IMG/VR virus record: IMGVR_UViG_3300028888_000051
Span: 1 to 64,000 of that record
DNA length: 64,000 nucleotides
DNA from: a virus
Lineage: Duplodnaviria > Heunggongvirae > Uroviricota > Caudoviricetes
Direction: 5' to 3' (one strand)
The translations under genes were made by a program, and so were the position numbers. Position 1 is the first letter of the stretch, and the number at the start of each line of letters is the position of its first letter. The notes under the pieces were generated by a model. It did no database searches, was not told the DNA's origin, and saw only the letters and a program-made list of their open reading frames with translations. Positions 39,467 to 49,050 of the stretch are shown here, piece by piece.

Positions 39467-40212
39467 TTATTATTTTTCCTATAACTATATGCATATTCTA
39501 AGGCTTCTTCAAGTGTATCATCAAAATATTTTTTTATATCTTTCGATGGCATAAAACTAAAAGCAGCATTTAAATAAAGACTAGTTAAATTTATATAAAG
39601 TTGAGATGCATTTTTACCTTGTTTATATAAATCATATGCATATTCTTTTTCTAATTTACATTTTTTCATAAGGTAAACAATAAATAATTTATAGTCATTT
39701 GGTTTTAGATGACAGAAATATGTATGATCTTTTTTATCAATAAAATCATGTTTACTATAATTAGTTAAATTTACTTTATATATTATTATTTCTTTATGTT
39801 GATTATCATATGTATTTTTTAATTGTTTAATTCTAGCTTTTCCTTCTTTTTGTCCACACGAAATAGCTGTTTTGACTATTCTTTTTAACCAATGGCTTTT
39901 TTCTTCATTATGATATTTAGTTTCTAAAATATCTTTTGATAAATTCTCTATATTAAACCAAACTGTATCAGCATATTGTTTAAATATAGAAAAAGGATTA
40001 TTATAATTTTTAAGTGAATTGTCTATATAATTACTAATTTCATTTTTTTCATACATATCTCTTTCTACAATCCAATCAAAGCATATATCATTTAAATCTT
40101 TTCCAACTAAATTTTTTAAATAGACAAGATTAAAAAAGATAGTACGATAAGAAAAATAAATTTTATCGCCTTCATAAAAATTAATAGTTATCATATCCTT
40201 TTCTTCAGTCAT
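39460..40212 (-). CDS. Hypothetical protein
   Basis: Own promoter and RBS. Confidence 0.6.
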   Translation of the reverse strand: MTEEKDMITINFYEGDKIYFSYRTIFFNLVYLKNLVGKDLNDICFDWIVERDMYEKNEISNYIDNSLKNYNNPFSIFKQYADTVWFNIENLSKDILETKYHNEEKSHWLKRIVKTAISCGQKEGKARIKQLKNTYDNQHKEIIIYKVNLTNYSKHDFIDKKDHTYFCHLKPNDYKLFIVYLMKKCKLEKEYAYDLYKQGKNASQLYINLTSLYLNAAFSFMPSKDIKKYFDDTLEEALEYAYSYRKNNKC

Positions 40213-40283
40213 TTTAATTTCCTTAATGTGGATAATATATTAATATTTATACTATATATAATTACAGATGTAAAGCCGTTAAT

Positions 40284-40619
40284 TCATAAAAGGTTTTTGA
40301 TTTTTAATAAAACATACATTTCTTCTATTGTAATTTGTTTATATTCTAATTCTTCTATTTCAGTTGACATAAATTCATTTATAGATTTAAAAATTATTTT
40401 GCTTTTACTTTTTTCTAATCCTAATTTTTCTAAAAATAATTTCCGTATATCAGAAGCAATAGAATAACCAGAATCAAATATTTTATATTTAATATTCATA
40501 GTTTTACGATATTTATTAAAATATACATAATCTAAACACCACATAGCAGCTGGTATATTATTATCAATTAATTTAAAGATTGTTTCACATACTATATCAT
40601 TATCAAAATACAAATCCAA
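40284..40619 (-). CDS. C-terminal tag family protein
   Basis: Ends EEMYVLLKIKNLL; start uncertain. Confidence 0.6.
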   Translation of the reverse strand: MDLYFDNDIVCETIFKLIDNNIPAAMWCLDYVYFNKYRKTMNIKYKIFDSGYSIASDIRKLFLEKLGLEKSKSKIIFKSINEFMSTEIEELEYKQITIEEMYVLLKIKNLL

Positions 40620-40710
40620 AGCACTCCATTAAATATATACCGCTATATATTATTAAAAAACTTAATAACAATATAATTAATAAATCTAAAGTATCAAATT
40701 CCATATTATA

Positions 40711-41067
40711 TTAATCTCCAAAAACCATCTTTAAATACACATAAAAATAATTTATATCATCTTTTATTTCAAAGCATAAATATTCTTTACGATAATCTTT
40801 TTCTAAATATTTTAAATTATATTTTTCACATATTTCTTTTACTATGTTTTTTCTATTTTTACAAATTTTAAAATATATTATTTTGAAATTTGAATGAATT
40901 AAATGTCTATAATATTTTCCATATCCATCACTATATGCTAATATATGTCTTTTTAATACTCGACAATTTAAAGAATAATTAAAAGAATATCTAACATGAC
41001 GTTCAATTATCTCTAAGCATTCATCATACTTCTCTAAATATTCTTTAGTTATATCTAAATTATTCAT
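40711..41067 (-). CDS. C-terminal tag family protein, subfamily A
   Basis: Ends NYFYVYLKMVFGD. Confidence 0.65.
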   Translation of the reverse strand: MNNLDITKEYLEKYDECLEIIERHVRYSFNYSLNCRVLKRHILAYSDGYGKYYRHLIHSNFKIIYFKICKNRKNIVKEICEKYNLKYLEKDYRKEYLCFEIKDDINYFYVYLKMVFGD

Positions 41068-41389
41068 ATTTTTCCCTATATGATAGTTTATATAAAGTAA
41101 CTATATTAAATACTTCATTTAAATATTCTTCTTTAAAACTTAGTTGTAAATAAGTAATTAGTTCACTATTTGTATATTGAAAATCAAAATATTTATCTAT
41201 ATTAAAATATTTCAAATAAAAATTTATTCGATCTATTGGGTTTATTATTAAAAATGATATATACCAATTACTTAAACTAAGTTTATAAGTAAAAAGTTCA
41301 TCATTTGAATATGATAATGATGAAACATTACATGTATTGTATATTATCTTATTTGTTAACCAATTTGCTAATTCTATTTCTTTACTCAT
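41060..41389 (-). CDS. C-terminal tag family protein, subfamily B
   Basis: Ends NIVTLYKLSYREKYE. Confidence 0.65.
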   Translation of the reverse strand: MSKEIELANWLTNKIIYNTCNVSSLSYSNDELFTYKLSLSNWYISFLIINPIDRINFYLKYFNIDKYFDFQYTNSELITYLQLSFKEEYLNEVFNIVTLYKLSYREKYE

Positions 41390-41732
41390 TTTGTTCCATT
41401 AATTTATAACTAATAATTATCTCTTCTGTTTGATTTAAATATTTTTTATTAAATTGAAGTGTAATAGCTGATCCAGGTTCATATATACTTGTTGGATTGG
41501 TATAATCTGCATCTAAATATTTATTTAATAATTTTTTATTAATATAATCTTGTAAAGTTCCACAAATTTCTCTTGCATCCCTATATTCAACTTCTAAATA
41601 TACAATCATTATTCCTGATTCTATTACAGATAAAGGAGCATTTAAAGCCTTATGCATAACATATATAAGAAAATCATTAATCAAATCAATTCTTTTTTGA
41701 TATAAATCTTCTTTTTTTAATAAATTATTCAT
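41382..41732 (-). CDS. C-terminal tag family protein, subfamily B
   Basis: Ends EEIIISYKLMEQNE. Confidence 0.65.
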   Translation of the reverse strand: MNNLLKKEDLYQKRIDLINDFLIYVMHKALNAPLSVIESGIMIVYLEVEYRDAREICGTLQDYINKKLLNKYLDADYTNPTSIYEPGSAITLQFNKKYLNQTEEIIISYKLMEQNE

Positions 41733-42029
41733 TTATACTTCCTTTAATTTCATTAATGTATATAAATCTGCAAAAGAACTACCACTGTTAAACGGAGCTC
41801 CACACATTACTACAAATTGTTCATCTTCATCAATTTTTTTACCTTTAGCTGCTCCAATATAATATTTTATTTCTTTTGTTAAGGTATCTAATACTTTAAC
41901 GATACCAATAGTATTAAGTTCACCTTTATCCATATAATGATATGTTGTTAAAGGAAACCAAATACTATCAATTATAACAAAATTAGTCATACCATAACAT
42001 TTAACTCTACGCTTATTTGTATCAGTCAT
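41733..42029 (-). CDS. Unrelated small phage domain with the tag appended
   Basis: IGIV...YIG...G...DEQ....GA.F, then NSGSS linker and ADLYTLMKL. Confidence 0.65.
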   Translation of the reverse strand: MTDTNKRRVKCYGMTNFVIIDSIWFPLTTYHYMDKGELNTIGIVKVLDTLTKEIKYYIGAAKGKKIDEDEQFVVMCGAPFNSGSSFADLYTLMKLKEV

Positions 42030-42096
42030 ATTTTTTATCCTTTAATTTTTAACTATATAGTATTATATAAATTTATATAATGTAAAACCATCTAAA

Positions 42097-42453
42097 TCAT
42101 ATTAATCCCATTAATTTTATCAATGTCAAAAATTCATTAAATTCTATTTCAGTTAAGTTATTTTTTAATTTTATTTTAATTGAATAGTTTGATATATTTA
42201 CTTTAATATAATTATCAAAATTTTTATTTTTTAAATATTGTTCAATACTATGTTTTATCATATATAAAGCATTATTTAATCCAATTTTATCATAATTTGG
42301 ATTATCTATTAATTTGAATTTTACTTTTGCAGAACCATCATAATTATGCCAAATATTTCCAAACAAAGTTTTATCATACTTAATTATGTGTGAAACAAGT
42401 ATTTCATATAAAATCATTGAAATTTTAGTTAGTTCTTGATTATTAATAATCAT
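42097..42453 (-). CDS. C-terminal tag family protein, subfamily B
   Basis: Ends NEFLTLIKLMGLI. Confidence 0.65.
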   Translation of the reverse strand: MIINNQELTKISMILYEILVSHIIKYDKTLFGNIWHNYDGSAKVKFKLIDNPNYDKIGLNNALYMIKHSIEQYLKNKNFDNYIKVNISNYSIKIKLKNNLTEIEFNEFLTLIKLMGLI

Positions 42454-42457
42454 ATTT

Positions 42458-42853
42458 TTATTCCTTATTACTTATAAATTTACATAATGTATACAATTCA
42501 TTAAATTTATCATTAGATATATAAAAACTTAAATGTTTCAATCTATAATTTTCATTTTCTAAACAAAGACCAAAATTTTTCATGATATTTTCACTTTTCT
42601 TTCTACGATTTGTTTTACTCCACACATTAAATTTAATTAAATTATTTGGTATATTATTAAATTGTATATGTACAAACCCTTCTGAATAAATATAACAACC
42701 ATCTGTAATCCTATCACCATTAGATTCCCAATGATCATTTAAAGTATTAATAATAAAATTATATTTTTTATTAAATTCATTAATATCTTTAATAAATTTT
42801 ACACGCTCAATTAATTGCATTTCAACAGCTTTTATAATTTTATTTTCTTTCAT
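42458..42853 (-). CDS. C-terminal tag family protein, subfamily A
   Basis: Ends NELYTLCKFISNKE. Confidence 0.65.
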   Translation of the reverse strand: MKENKIIKAVEMQLIERVKFIKDINEFNKKYNFIINTLNDHWESNGDRITDGCYIYSEGFVHIQFNNIPNNLIKFNVWSKTNRRKKSENIMKNFGLCLENENYRLKHLSFYISNDKFNELYTLCKFISNKE

Positions 42854-42904
42854 GATACATTTCCTTTTTATTGATATATTTTTATTATCATTTATATGCA
42901 TAAA

Positions 42905-43336
42905 TCATTTAATTAACATTTTTGATAAAGTATATAAATCGTTAAACATATTTGATTGTATTTTAAATATATAATATTGACTTCTATAATTAATAATATC
43001 AATTGGAATTAAATCAAAAACATTCGTTAATTCTTCAACTAAAATTTTTCTTTTATTACCAAATGTAAATATAAATGTAATATAATCATCTTGAAGATTT
43101 GCTTTTTTTGATAATCTAAATAGATTATTTTTACTATTATTATCTATTTCAAATCCATTATGTATAATAAAAGATATATGACGTAAAAAAGATTTTGAAC
43201 TTTTACCATTATAAGCTAATTCAGTAGTTTTAAATTTATTACTTAAATACATAATAATATTACGATTTATATCATTATATATTTGTTCATATTCTGTGAT
43301 GTTTTTTGCTATAATTTCAAATTCATCTATAGTCAT
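42905..43336 (-). CDS. C-terminal tag family protein, subfamily A
   Basis: Ends NDLYTLSKMLIK. Confidence 0.65.
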   Translation of the reverse strand: MTIDEFEIIAKNITEYEQIYNDINRNIIMYLSNKFKTTELAYNGKSSKSFLRHISFIIHNGFEIDNNSKNNLFRLSKKANLQDDYITFIFTFGNKRKILVEELTNVFDLIPIDIINYRSQYYIFKIQSNMFNDLYTLSKMLIK

Positions 43337-43927
43337 TTAGATAATTCCTAACAATTTTATTGTGGTTAATGTATTATCAGAATCAATTATTTTATATATC
43401 ACACATTGTTTTTCAAAAGATCTCTCAATTTCTTGAATATCTAAAAGTTTAAATGTATTTTCTAAAGAATCTGTTAATTTACAAAATGGAATAAATAAGA
43501 TATTATTTAATTTATACTGATTTATATTTATGTAATTTTCAAAAAAATTAGTATGAATAAGTTTAAAATATATTATTTCTTTAACTAATTGATCTTTAAA
43601 TTTTTTTGGTAAAACTACATCATTGATAAATTCTGAAATTTTATCTTTATAAATAAATATTTGCTTTTTATTTAAAAATCCAAAACTATTTAATGCAAAT
43701 ATATCAGGATATTCTCTTTCTAATTGATCTACAATTTTAATAAATCTAGACTCATTAAAATGTCTACTTTTCATATAACCTATTTCATATCCATTTATTT
43801 CAGAATATGGAGATTCATTTACAAGAATAAGTCCTTGTTTATTTTGTATTCTGTCTGTAATTTTAATTAGTCTATTTAATTTATATTCAATTTTTGCTGT
43901 TGTTAAAAAATCTATACTTTTCAACAT
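43337..43927 (-). CDS. C-terminal tag family protein
   Basis: Ends DNTLTTIKLLGII. Confidence 0.65.
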   Translation of the reverse strand: MLKSIDFLTTAKIEYKLNRLIKITDRIQNKQGLILVNESPYSEINGYEIGYMKSRHFNESRFIKIVDQLEREYPDIFALNSFGFLNKKQIFIYKDKISEFINDVVLPKKFKDQLVKEIIYFKLIHTNFFENYININQYKLNNILFIPFCKLTDSLENTFKLLDIQEIERSFEKQCVIYKIIDSDNTLTTIKLLGII

Positions 43928-43949
43928 CTTTTTTTCCTTTCTATATAAA

Positions 43950-43981
43950 ATTATAGGCTTTACTTAGTTAAAAGTAAAGCC
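43950..43981 (-). promoter_or_regulatory. Palindromic sigma70-type promoter/hairpin
   Basis: Minus strand GGC-TTTACT-17 bp-TATAAT; ggctttactt/aagtaaagcc inverted repeat. Confidence 0.75.
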
Positions 43982-44009
43982 GTTTATAAAAATAAATAAA
44001 ATAAATTAT

Positions 44010-44435
44010 TTATAGATTACCATTAAATCCATATATATTATTAAATTTATATAACATTTTAATCATAGCTATTGTATTAGAGTCATTAGAATAGAGAGAG
44101 GCTTTTAATTTATTAAATTCTGGTATAAGATTATGATTATTTAATTCACGTAAATTAATATCAGCTAATTTTCTTAAACCACTATCTGTCCACATACCAA
44201 TATTTGCATGTGCTAAATTAGACCTATTTTCTAAAGCTGCTTCATTATGTTTATTTGTCAAAATACTTATAAATTGATCATTAGTTATACCATAATCAGC
44301 AAACTTTTTCTGTTTTTCTTTCCAATCACGATTATGAGCTTGTTTACTTAAAGTATCTATATTATAGATTTTTTCTTCTAATTTATGACAAGCTTCTCTA
44401 AACAATATTAAGTATTTATTCATATGATTAAACAT
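44010..44435 (-). CDS. Putative virion-internal protein, paralog 1
   Basis: MNKYLILFREACHKLEE leader; similar to 44428-44874 throughout. Confidence 0.6.
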   Translation of the reverse strand: MFNHMNKYLILFREACHKLEEKIYNIDTLSKQAHNRDWKEKQKKFADYGITNDQFISILTNKHNEAALENRSNLAHANIGMWTDSGLRKLADINLRELNNHNLIPEFNKLKASLYSNDSNTIAMIKMLYKFNNIYGFNGNL

Positions 44436-44874
44436 GTATATTATCTAAATCTGGATCATCACTAAATCTATAAAGCATTTTTACCATGGCTGTTGCATTT
44501 TTGTCAGCTGGATATAATATTTCTTTAAGTTTATTAAATGAATCAATACAACCTTTTTCTTTAACTATATCTAGCATTTTATTTCCTAATTTTTGTAACC
44601 CCAAATCTTGCCAATTACCAATTCTTGCTTGTGACATAAGATTACGATCTTGGATACCTCTTTCTGCTGCATTACCTACAACAGTACTAATAAATCTACC
44701 ATCAGCAATATCATATTTTTCAAATTTTTCTTTTTGCTGTTTCCAATTTGTAGTGTTAAATTGATTTGTATTTCTAAATGGATTTATATGAGATTTTAAT
44801 TTATTTGAACTATAAATATCTTCTTCTAATTTAGTAACAGCTTCTTTAAAAAGTTGTACATATTTATTTATCAT
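44428..44874 (-). CDS. Putative virion-internal protein, paralog 2
   Basis: MINKYVQLFKEAVTKLEE leader; AAGTTCTA upstream (44921-44928, minus). Confidence 0.6.
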   Translation of the reverse strand: MINKYVQLFKEAVTKLEEDIYSSNKLKSHINPFRNTNQFNTTNWKQQKEKFEKYDIADGRFISTVVGNAAERGIQDRNLMSQARIGNWQDLGLQKLGNKMLDIVKEKGCIDSFNKLKEILYPADKNATAMVKMLYRFSDDPDLDNIHV

Positions 44875-44965
44875 TTTATATTATATCCTTAATTTATATA
44901 TAAATTAAATATCTAAAAATTAGAACTTACACAACTAATAAAAAATAATATATATTTAATGGTTT

Positions 44966-45298
44966 TTATCTCAATATTTTCCATAATGTATAAACTTCAT
45001 CTAAAAATTCGGATTTATTTGAAAGAGGGTAGAGTTTAAGAATATAAAATTCACCACCTGTACCTTGTAGTTTTACACCTAAATAATTTTCAAAACCTAG
45101 TTTATTTATATATTGTTGCAAACCAAAATAATATCGATTGGGCTTTTGTTGATAATGAATATAACGCATAATACAAGGTTGATCTAGATTAGTTTTTACA
45201 ATTACTTTTTTACGTAATGTTTGTTTATTAAGACTATCAAACCAAGACAAATAGATATCTTTTAATAATTCAATAACTTGTTCTGAATCTAACATCAT
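44966..45298 (-). CDS. C-terminal tag family protein, subfamily B
   Basis: Ends DEVYTLWKILR. Confidence 0.65.
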   Translation of the reverse strand: MMLDSEQVIELLKDIYLSWFDSLNKQTLRKKVIVKTNLDQPCIMRYIHYQQKPNRYYFGLQQYINKLGFENYLGVKLQGTGGEFYILKLYPLSNKSEFLDEVYTLWKILR

Positions 45299-45738
45299 AT
45301 TTTTCCTTCCAGCTTTAATAATGTATAAAGATTGTCAAAAGCCTCTCTGAGTATAAATAAACTTTTTTCAGATTTACGATAGTATTCTGGTTGAATTATA
45401 GAAAGTCCAAATGTATCTTGTAAAGTTTTACAAATTTGTCTACGTTTACGTGGTATCTGAAAGGTAAATTTAACGATAGTTTTATTATTTTCAACAAATC
45501 TATATAATTTTTCTAATTTTTTACTTATACTATCAGATCTACATGGATCATCTAAATTATTATCTAAAAAAGCGATTAAACGCGGAATAGGAAGATCATA
45601 GGCATAAATAGTATAATGCAGTTTATTTCTTCGTATAGAATCACATATATATTCGAGAACTGCATAATATTCTTTGTTAAAATTAACAGCTACCTTACGT
45701 AATTCTTTATATTCTTTTTGCTTATCGTTAATATCCAT
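45295..45738 (-). CDS. C-terminal tag family protein, subfamily A
   Basis: Ends DNLYTLLKLEGKI. Confidence 0.65.
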   Translation of the reverse strand: MDINDKQKEYKELRKVAVNFNKEYYAVLEYICDSIRRNKLHYTIYAYDLPIPRLIAFLDNNLDDPCRSDSISKKLEKLYRFVENNKTIVKFTFQIPRKRRQICKTLQDTFGLSIIQPEYYRKSEKSLFILREAFDNLYTLLKLEGKI

Positions 45739-45757
45739 TTATCAATTCCTTATATTT

Positions 45758-45826
45758 ATAAATATAATTTAACCTATATTATATCTAAAGTAAAACCATC
45801 TTTAAACCATATTAAAATAATTTATG
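45758..45826 (-). repeat. About 70-bp promoter cassette, copy 1
   Basis: Near-identical to 47014-47082. Confidence 0.8.
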
Positions 45827-45889
45827 AAAAATGCATCTTAAAAAGGTTTATTTAATCTCATATAGTTTAAATGATATTCGAAAAGTTCT

Positions 45890-46243
45890 TTACTGATTAT
45901 TGATATTTTTATTTTCCCAAAAATCTTGTAATTTAAGTACAGTTTCTAAATCTTCCATTTGATCTATGTATTCTTTTTTAAGAATAATATGTATAGAAGA
46001 CTTATATCTTTTTATATTAAAATAACCGTCTATGTTTTTATCTCTAAAACTTTTTCTTATTTCTGCATAATGCGATTCACTAGCCCAATTTTCTGTATAA
46101 AAAATAACTCCTGGTTCTTTATTGTTATATTCAACAAGATTAAATCCATCAAGTGTAATACAATTTTTTAAAACTTCTAGACAAAAATGATTTGCATTTT
46201 CATGTCTAAATCTCGCTTCTTCTGAAATACCGATGGCTATCAT
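45890..46243 (-). CDS. C-terminal tag family protein, subfamily B, paralog of 49722-50048
   Basis: HENANHFC...EYNN.PG; EDLETVLKL. Confidence 0.65.
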   Translation of the reverse strand: MIAIGISEEARFRHENANHFCLEVLKNCITLDGFNLVEYNNKEPGVIFYTENWASESHYAEIRKSFRDKNIDGYFNIKRYKSSIHIILKKEYIDQMEDLETVLKLQDFWENKNINNQ

Positions 46244-46259
46244 GATTATTCTCTTTTTA

Positions 46260-46643
46260 TTAATTTACATATATACAAAGCAAAGTATAAAGCATATTTA
46301 TATCATTAGTTTCTAAAACATAATATGTATTTGCATAATTTTTGGCATATACATCTATACGCTTTATATTAAAATTTGTTTCAAGATAATTTATAAGTTT
46401 TTTTCTATTTTTCCATACTCTTAAAATAAATCTTACTCCAGTATTTTTATCATAGGTATATGACACAGCATCATATGGAGCTGAATCAAATATATCTCCG
46501 CGAAAAGTATAAGCGTAATTTTTGTATAAAAAAGTACTATAGTGATAAAAATAATCTGTTGTTGGATTAACCTTCATAAATTCATACAAAATGTCATTTA
46601 ATTTATTAATAGTTTCTGTATATAATCTTTCTTCACAAATCAT
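46260..46643 (-). CDS. C-terminal tag family protein, subfamily A
   Basis: Ends NMLYTLLCIYVN. Confidence 0.65.
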   Translation of the reverse strand: MICEERLYTETINKLNDILYEFMKVNPTTDYFYHYSTFLYKNYAYTFRGDIFDSAPYDAVSYTYDKNTGVRFILRVWKNRKKLINYLETNFNIKRIDVYAKNYANTYYVLETNDINMLYTLLCIYVN

Positions 46644-46996
46644 TATATTTCCTCTAATAAATATAACAAATCAAACATCTTCATATAAACATATAAATAA
46701 TTTAAACCCTCATCATTTTTATAATTATTTTTGAAGTTAAGAATAAATTGATTTTCATCAGATATAATTTTAAGGTCTATAAAATATTCCAAACCAGTAG
46801 TATAAAGAAAATCCCTTGTATTTTTACTAAAAGATACTTGTCCAGTTATAGAAGGATCAATTTTATACATAACCAAATATACTGTTAAATCAGGTGTTTT
46901 TGCATTATGAGCATATTCAAATTGGACTACTTTATCACCATTACATGTCAAAATTATATTCTTCAAAAGATGTGTGATTTCATTTAATTGAATCAT
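46643..46996 (-). CDS. C-terminal tag family protein, subfamily B
   Basis: NYLYVYMKMF near the C-terminus. Confidence 0.65.
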   Translation of the reverse strand: MIQLNEITHLLKNIILTCNGDKVVQFEYAHNAKTPDLTVYLVMYKIDPSITGQVSFSKNTRDFLYTTGLEYFIDLKIISDENQFILNFKNNYKNDEGLNYLYVYMKMFDLLYLLEEI

Positions 46997-47013
46997 GATT
47001 ATCCCTTTCATTC

Positions 47014-47082
47014 ATAAATATAATTTAACCTATATTATATCCAAAGTAAAACCGTTTTTAAGCCACATTAAAATAATCTATG
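47014..47082 (-). repeat. About 70-bp promoter cassette, copy 2
   Basis: Near-identical to 45758-45826. Confidence 0.8.
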
Positions 47083-47125
47083 GTGCATCAAGTTATTGAG
47101 GTTATATTACAATATAAAAGATATC

Positions 47126-47536
47126 TTAGTTAGCCATTATTTTAGCTAATGTACAAAGCTCATCAAAATTTTCTCGTGGAATCTTAAAGCTAAAAGTCTG
47201 CATCCTATAGTCATGTGTATAACTAGGAATTAAACCAAAGATTTCTACAAGTCTTTGACATATTTGTTTACGTTTATTGAACATATAAAAAGTTATGTTA
47301 AAATATTGATTTGGTGTATTATTTTTATAACCAATTTTAGCAGCTAAATTATTTAATCTTTCATTATCATCTGTGTGCATAGTATATAACATAGATTTAT
47401 AATTTATACCACTAAATGCTGGTTTTATACCGAATTCATTTTTAACATATTGCTGTATATTACGCATCATTTCATTATATCTATCTTGATGGTTTATAGC
47501 ATAATTATAAAAATCTTCAAATTCTTTACTTGTCAT
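47126..47536 (-). CDS. C-terminal tag family protein, subfamily A
   Basis: Ends DELCTLAKIMAN. Confidence 0.65.
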   Translation of the reverse strand: MTSKEFEDFYNYAINHQDRYNEMMRNIQQYVKNEFGIKPAFSGINYKSMLYTMHTDDNERLNNLAAKIGYKNNTPNQYFNITFYMFNKRKQICQRLVEIFGLIPSYTHDYRMQTFSFKIPRENFDELCTLAKIMAN

Positions 47537-47537
47537 G

Positions 47538-47912
47538 TTATATCTCCGTCATTTTACAAATCATATATAAATCATTGAAATCATCAAAATCTATATAAAA
47601 TATATAATGCGATTCATAGATATAAGTTCCATCATCTGGTTTAAGACCGAATGTATTTTTAAGATAAATTTCTACTTCATCACTTCTATCATCTACAGCA
47701 AACCAAAGTTTTCTTAATTTTACAAAATAATTATCCAACGATCCAATGCCAGCTAATTTAAAGCCAGAAGAATCTAAGTATCCAGGTACTATACGTATAT
47801 CTCTACTAAATCTTTTTTGTAAATTTTCAGATATAATACTAGTTACTAAAATAAATTTATCCCAATGTGGATATAATTCTGGCATATATACTGATATTTC
47901 ATCATTGATCAT
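47538..47912 (-). CDS. C-terminal tag family protein, subfamily A
   Basis: Ends NDLYMICKMTEI. Confidence 0.65.
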   Translation of the reverse strand: MINDEISVYMPELYPHWDKFILVTSIISENLQKRFSRDIRIVPGYLDSSGFKLAGIGSLDNYFVKLRKLWFAVDDRSDEVEIYLKNTFGLKPDDGTYIYESHYIFYIDFDDFNDLYMICKMTEI

Positions 47913-47970
47913 GATTTATTCCTTTCGTTAACTATATATAATAATATATAAATGGCTATTGTAAAACTGT

Positions 47971-48936
47971 TTAATTCATTAACTTTATTAAAGTATTTAT
48001 TTCATCATAAGGAAAATCATTAGTTATTTTTATATAATCAAAATTTGTTTTATAATAGTTTTTGCTATCTATTTCACTTGGTTTAAATGAACCTAATTCA
48101 AAGTACTTTTCTAAATTAAACTGTTTTACACCAGCTTTAAATCTATCTACAAAATTACTATTATTTTCTTTATATATAAATATATTATTTCCAAAATAGG
48201 TAATCTCAGGACTATATTCGTTTCTTTTATGAATATTCTCTAATGTATTAATTATTCTATTTATCTTTTTATCCTCTTCTATTTTTATCTTTCTATTTAA
48301 TTCATACATATCAAATTCTAATCCAAGTAAATGTAAATGTTTTTGTAATTCGCCTATATGGCTTTTACTACAATAGAAATTAAAAATTCTGAATTGTCTC
48401 ATTGTAACTAAATCATAATATGTATATATACCATAAAACATTAAACCTAAAATAGTATTAGTCGATAAAGTTTCAAATGCGATTCTATGTTTTAATTTCT
48501 CTTCAAAAGATAATTTATTTAAATTATTAAAAACTTCCATTAAATTATTTTTGAGTATCTTTTCCATATACTTTTCTTGATCTTTTTCAGCTAGACCTGG
48601 ATATATAGGTTTTGCATATTTTCTATTTAAAGCATAACCATTTACTGGATTAGTATTAGCGTATCCTGTTGATTTCACTTTGAACAAAACTTTTTCTTCA
48701 CATAATTTATTCATTATTTCTTTTAAATTATCAGGACACAGTGGCTTATATTTTCTATATTCATCTATATATTTTTTTGACCTACATTTAGCTAATATAT
48801 CATTTTCAAATATTAATACATGCTCTAATATTTGTCCTTCATATTCAGCTAATATAGCATTATTATATTCAGAAAAGCATTCCATAACTACTCTTTTTAT
48901 TAACATATATAAATCATTCCATTTGGCTGAATCCAT
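47971..48936 (-). CDS. Multidomain protein with an RNAP alpha-CTD-like domain and the C-terminal tag
   Basis: LSTNTILGLMFYGIYTYYDLV...ELQKHLHLLGLEFDM; ends DEINTLIKLMN. Confidence 0.6.
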   Translation of the reverse strand: MDSAKWNDLYMLIKRVVMECFSEYNNAILAEYEGQILEHVLIFENDILAKCRSKKYIDEYRKYKPLCPDNLKEIMNKLCEEKVLFKVKSTGYANTNPVNGYALNRKYAKPIYPGLAEKDQEKYMEKILKNNLMEVFNNLNKLSFEEKLKHRIAFETLSTNTILGLMFYGIYTYYDLVTMRQFRIFNFYCSKSHIGELQKHLHLLGLEFDMYELNRKIKIEEDKKINRIINTLENIHKRNEYSPEITYFGNNIFIYKENNSNFVDRFKAGVKQFNLEKYFELGSFKPSEIDSKNYYKTNFDYIKITNDFPYDEINTLIKLMN

Positions 48937-49050
48937 AATATTATTCCTTTTACTAATGTTAACTATACATATATAATAGTATATAAAGAAAGAAAAGTAA
49001 AGCCATAGAAGCTAAAATTAAGTTCTAATTAAAAGATTATTTTTTATAAA

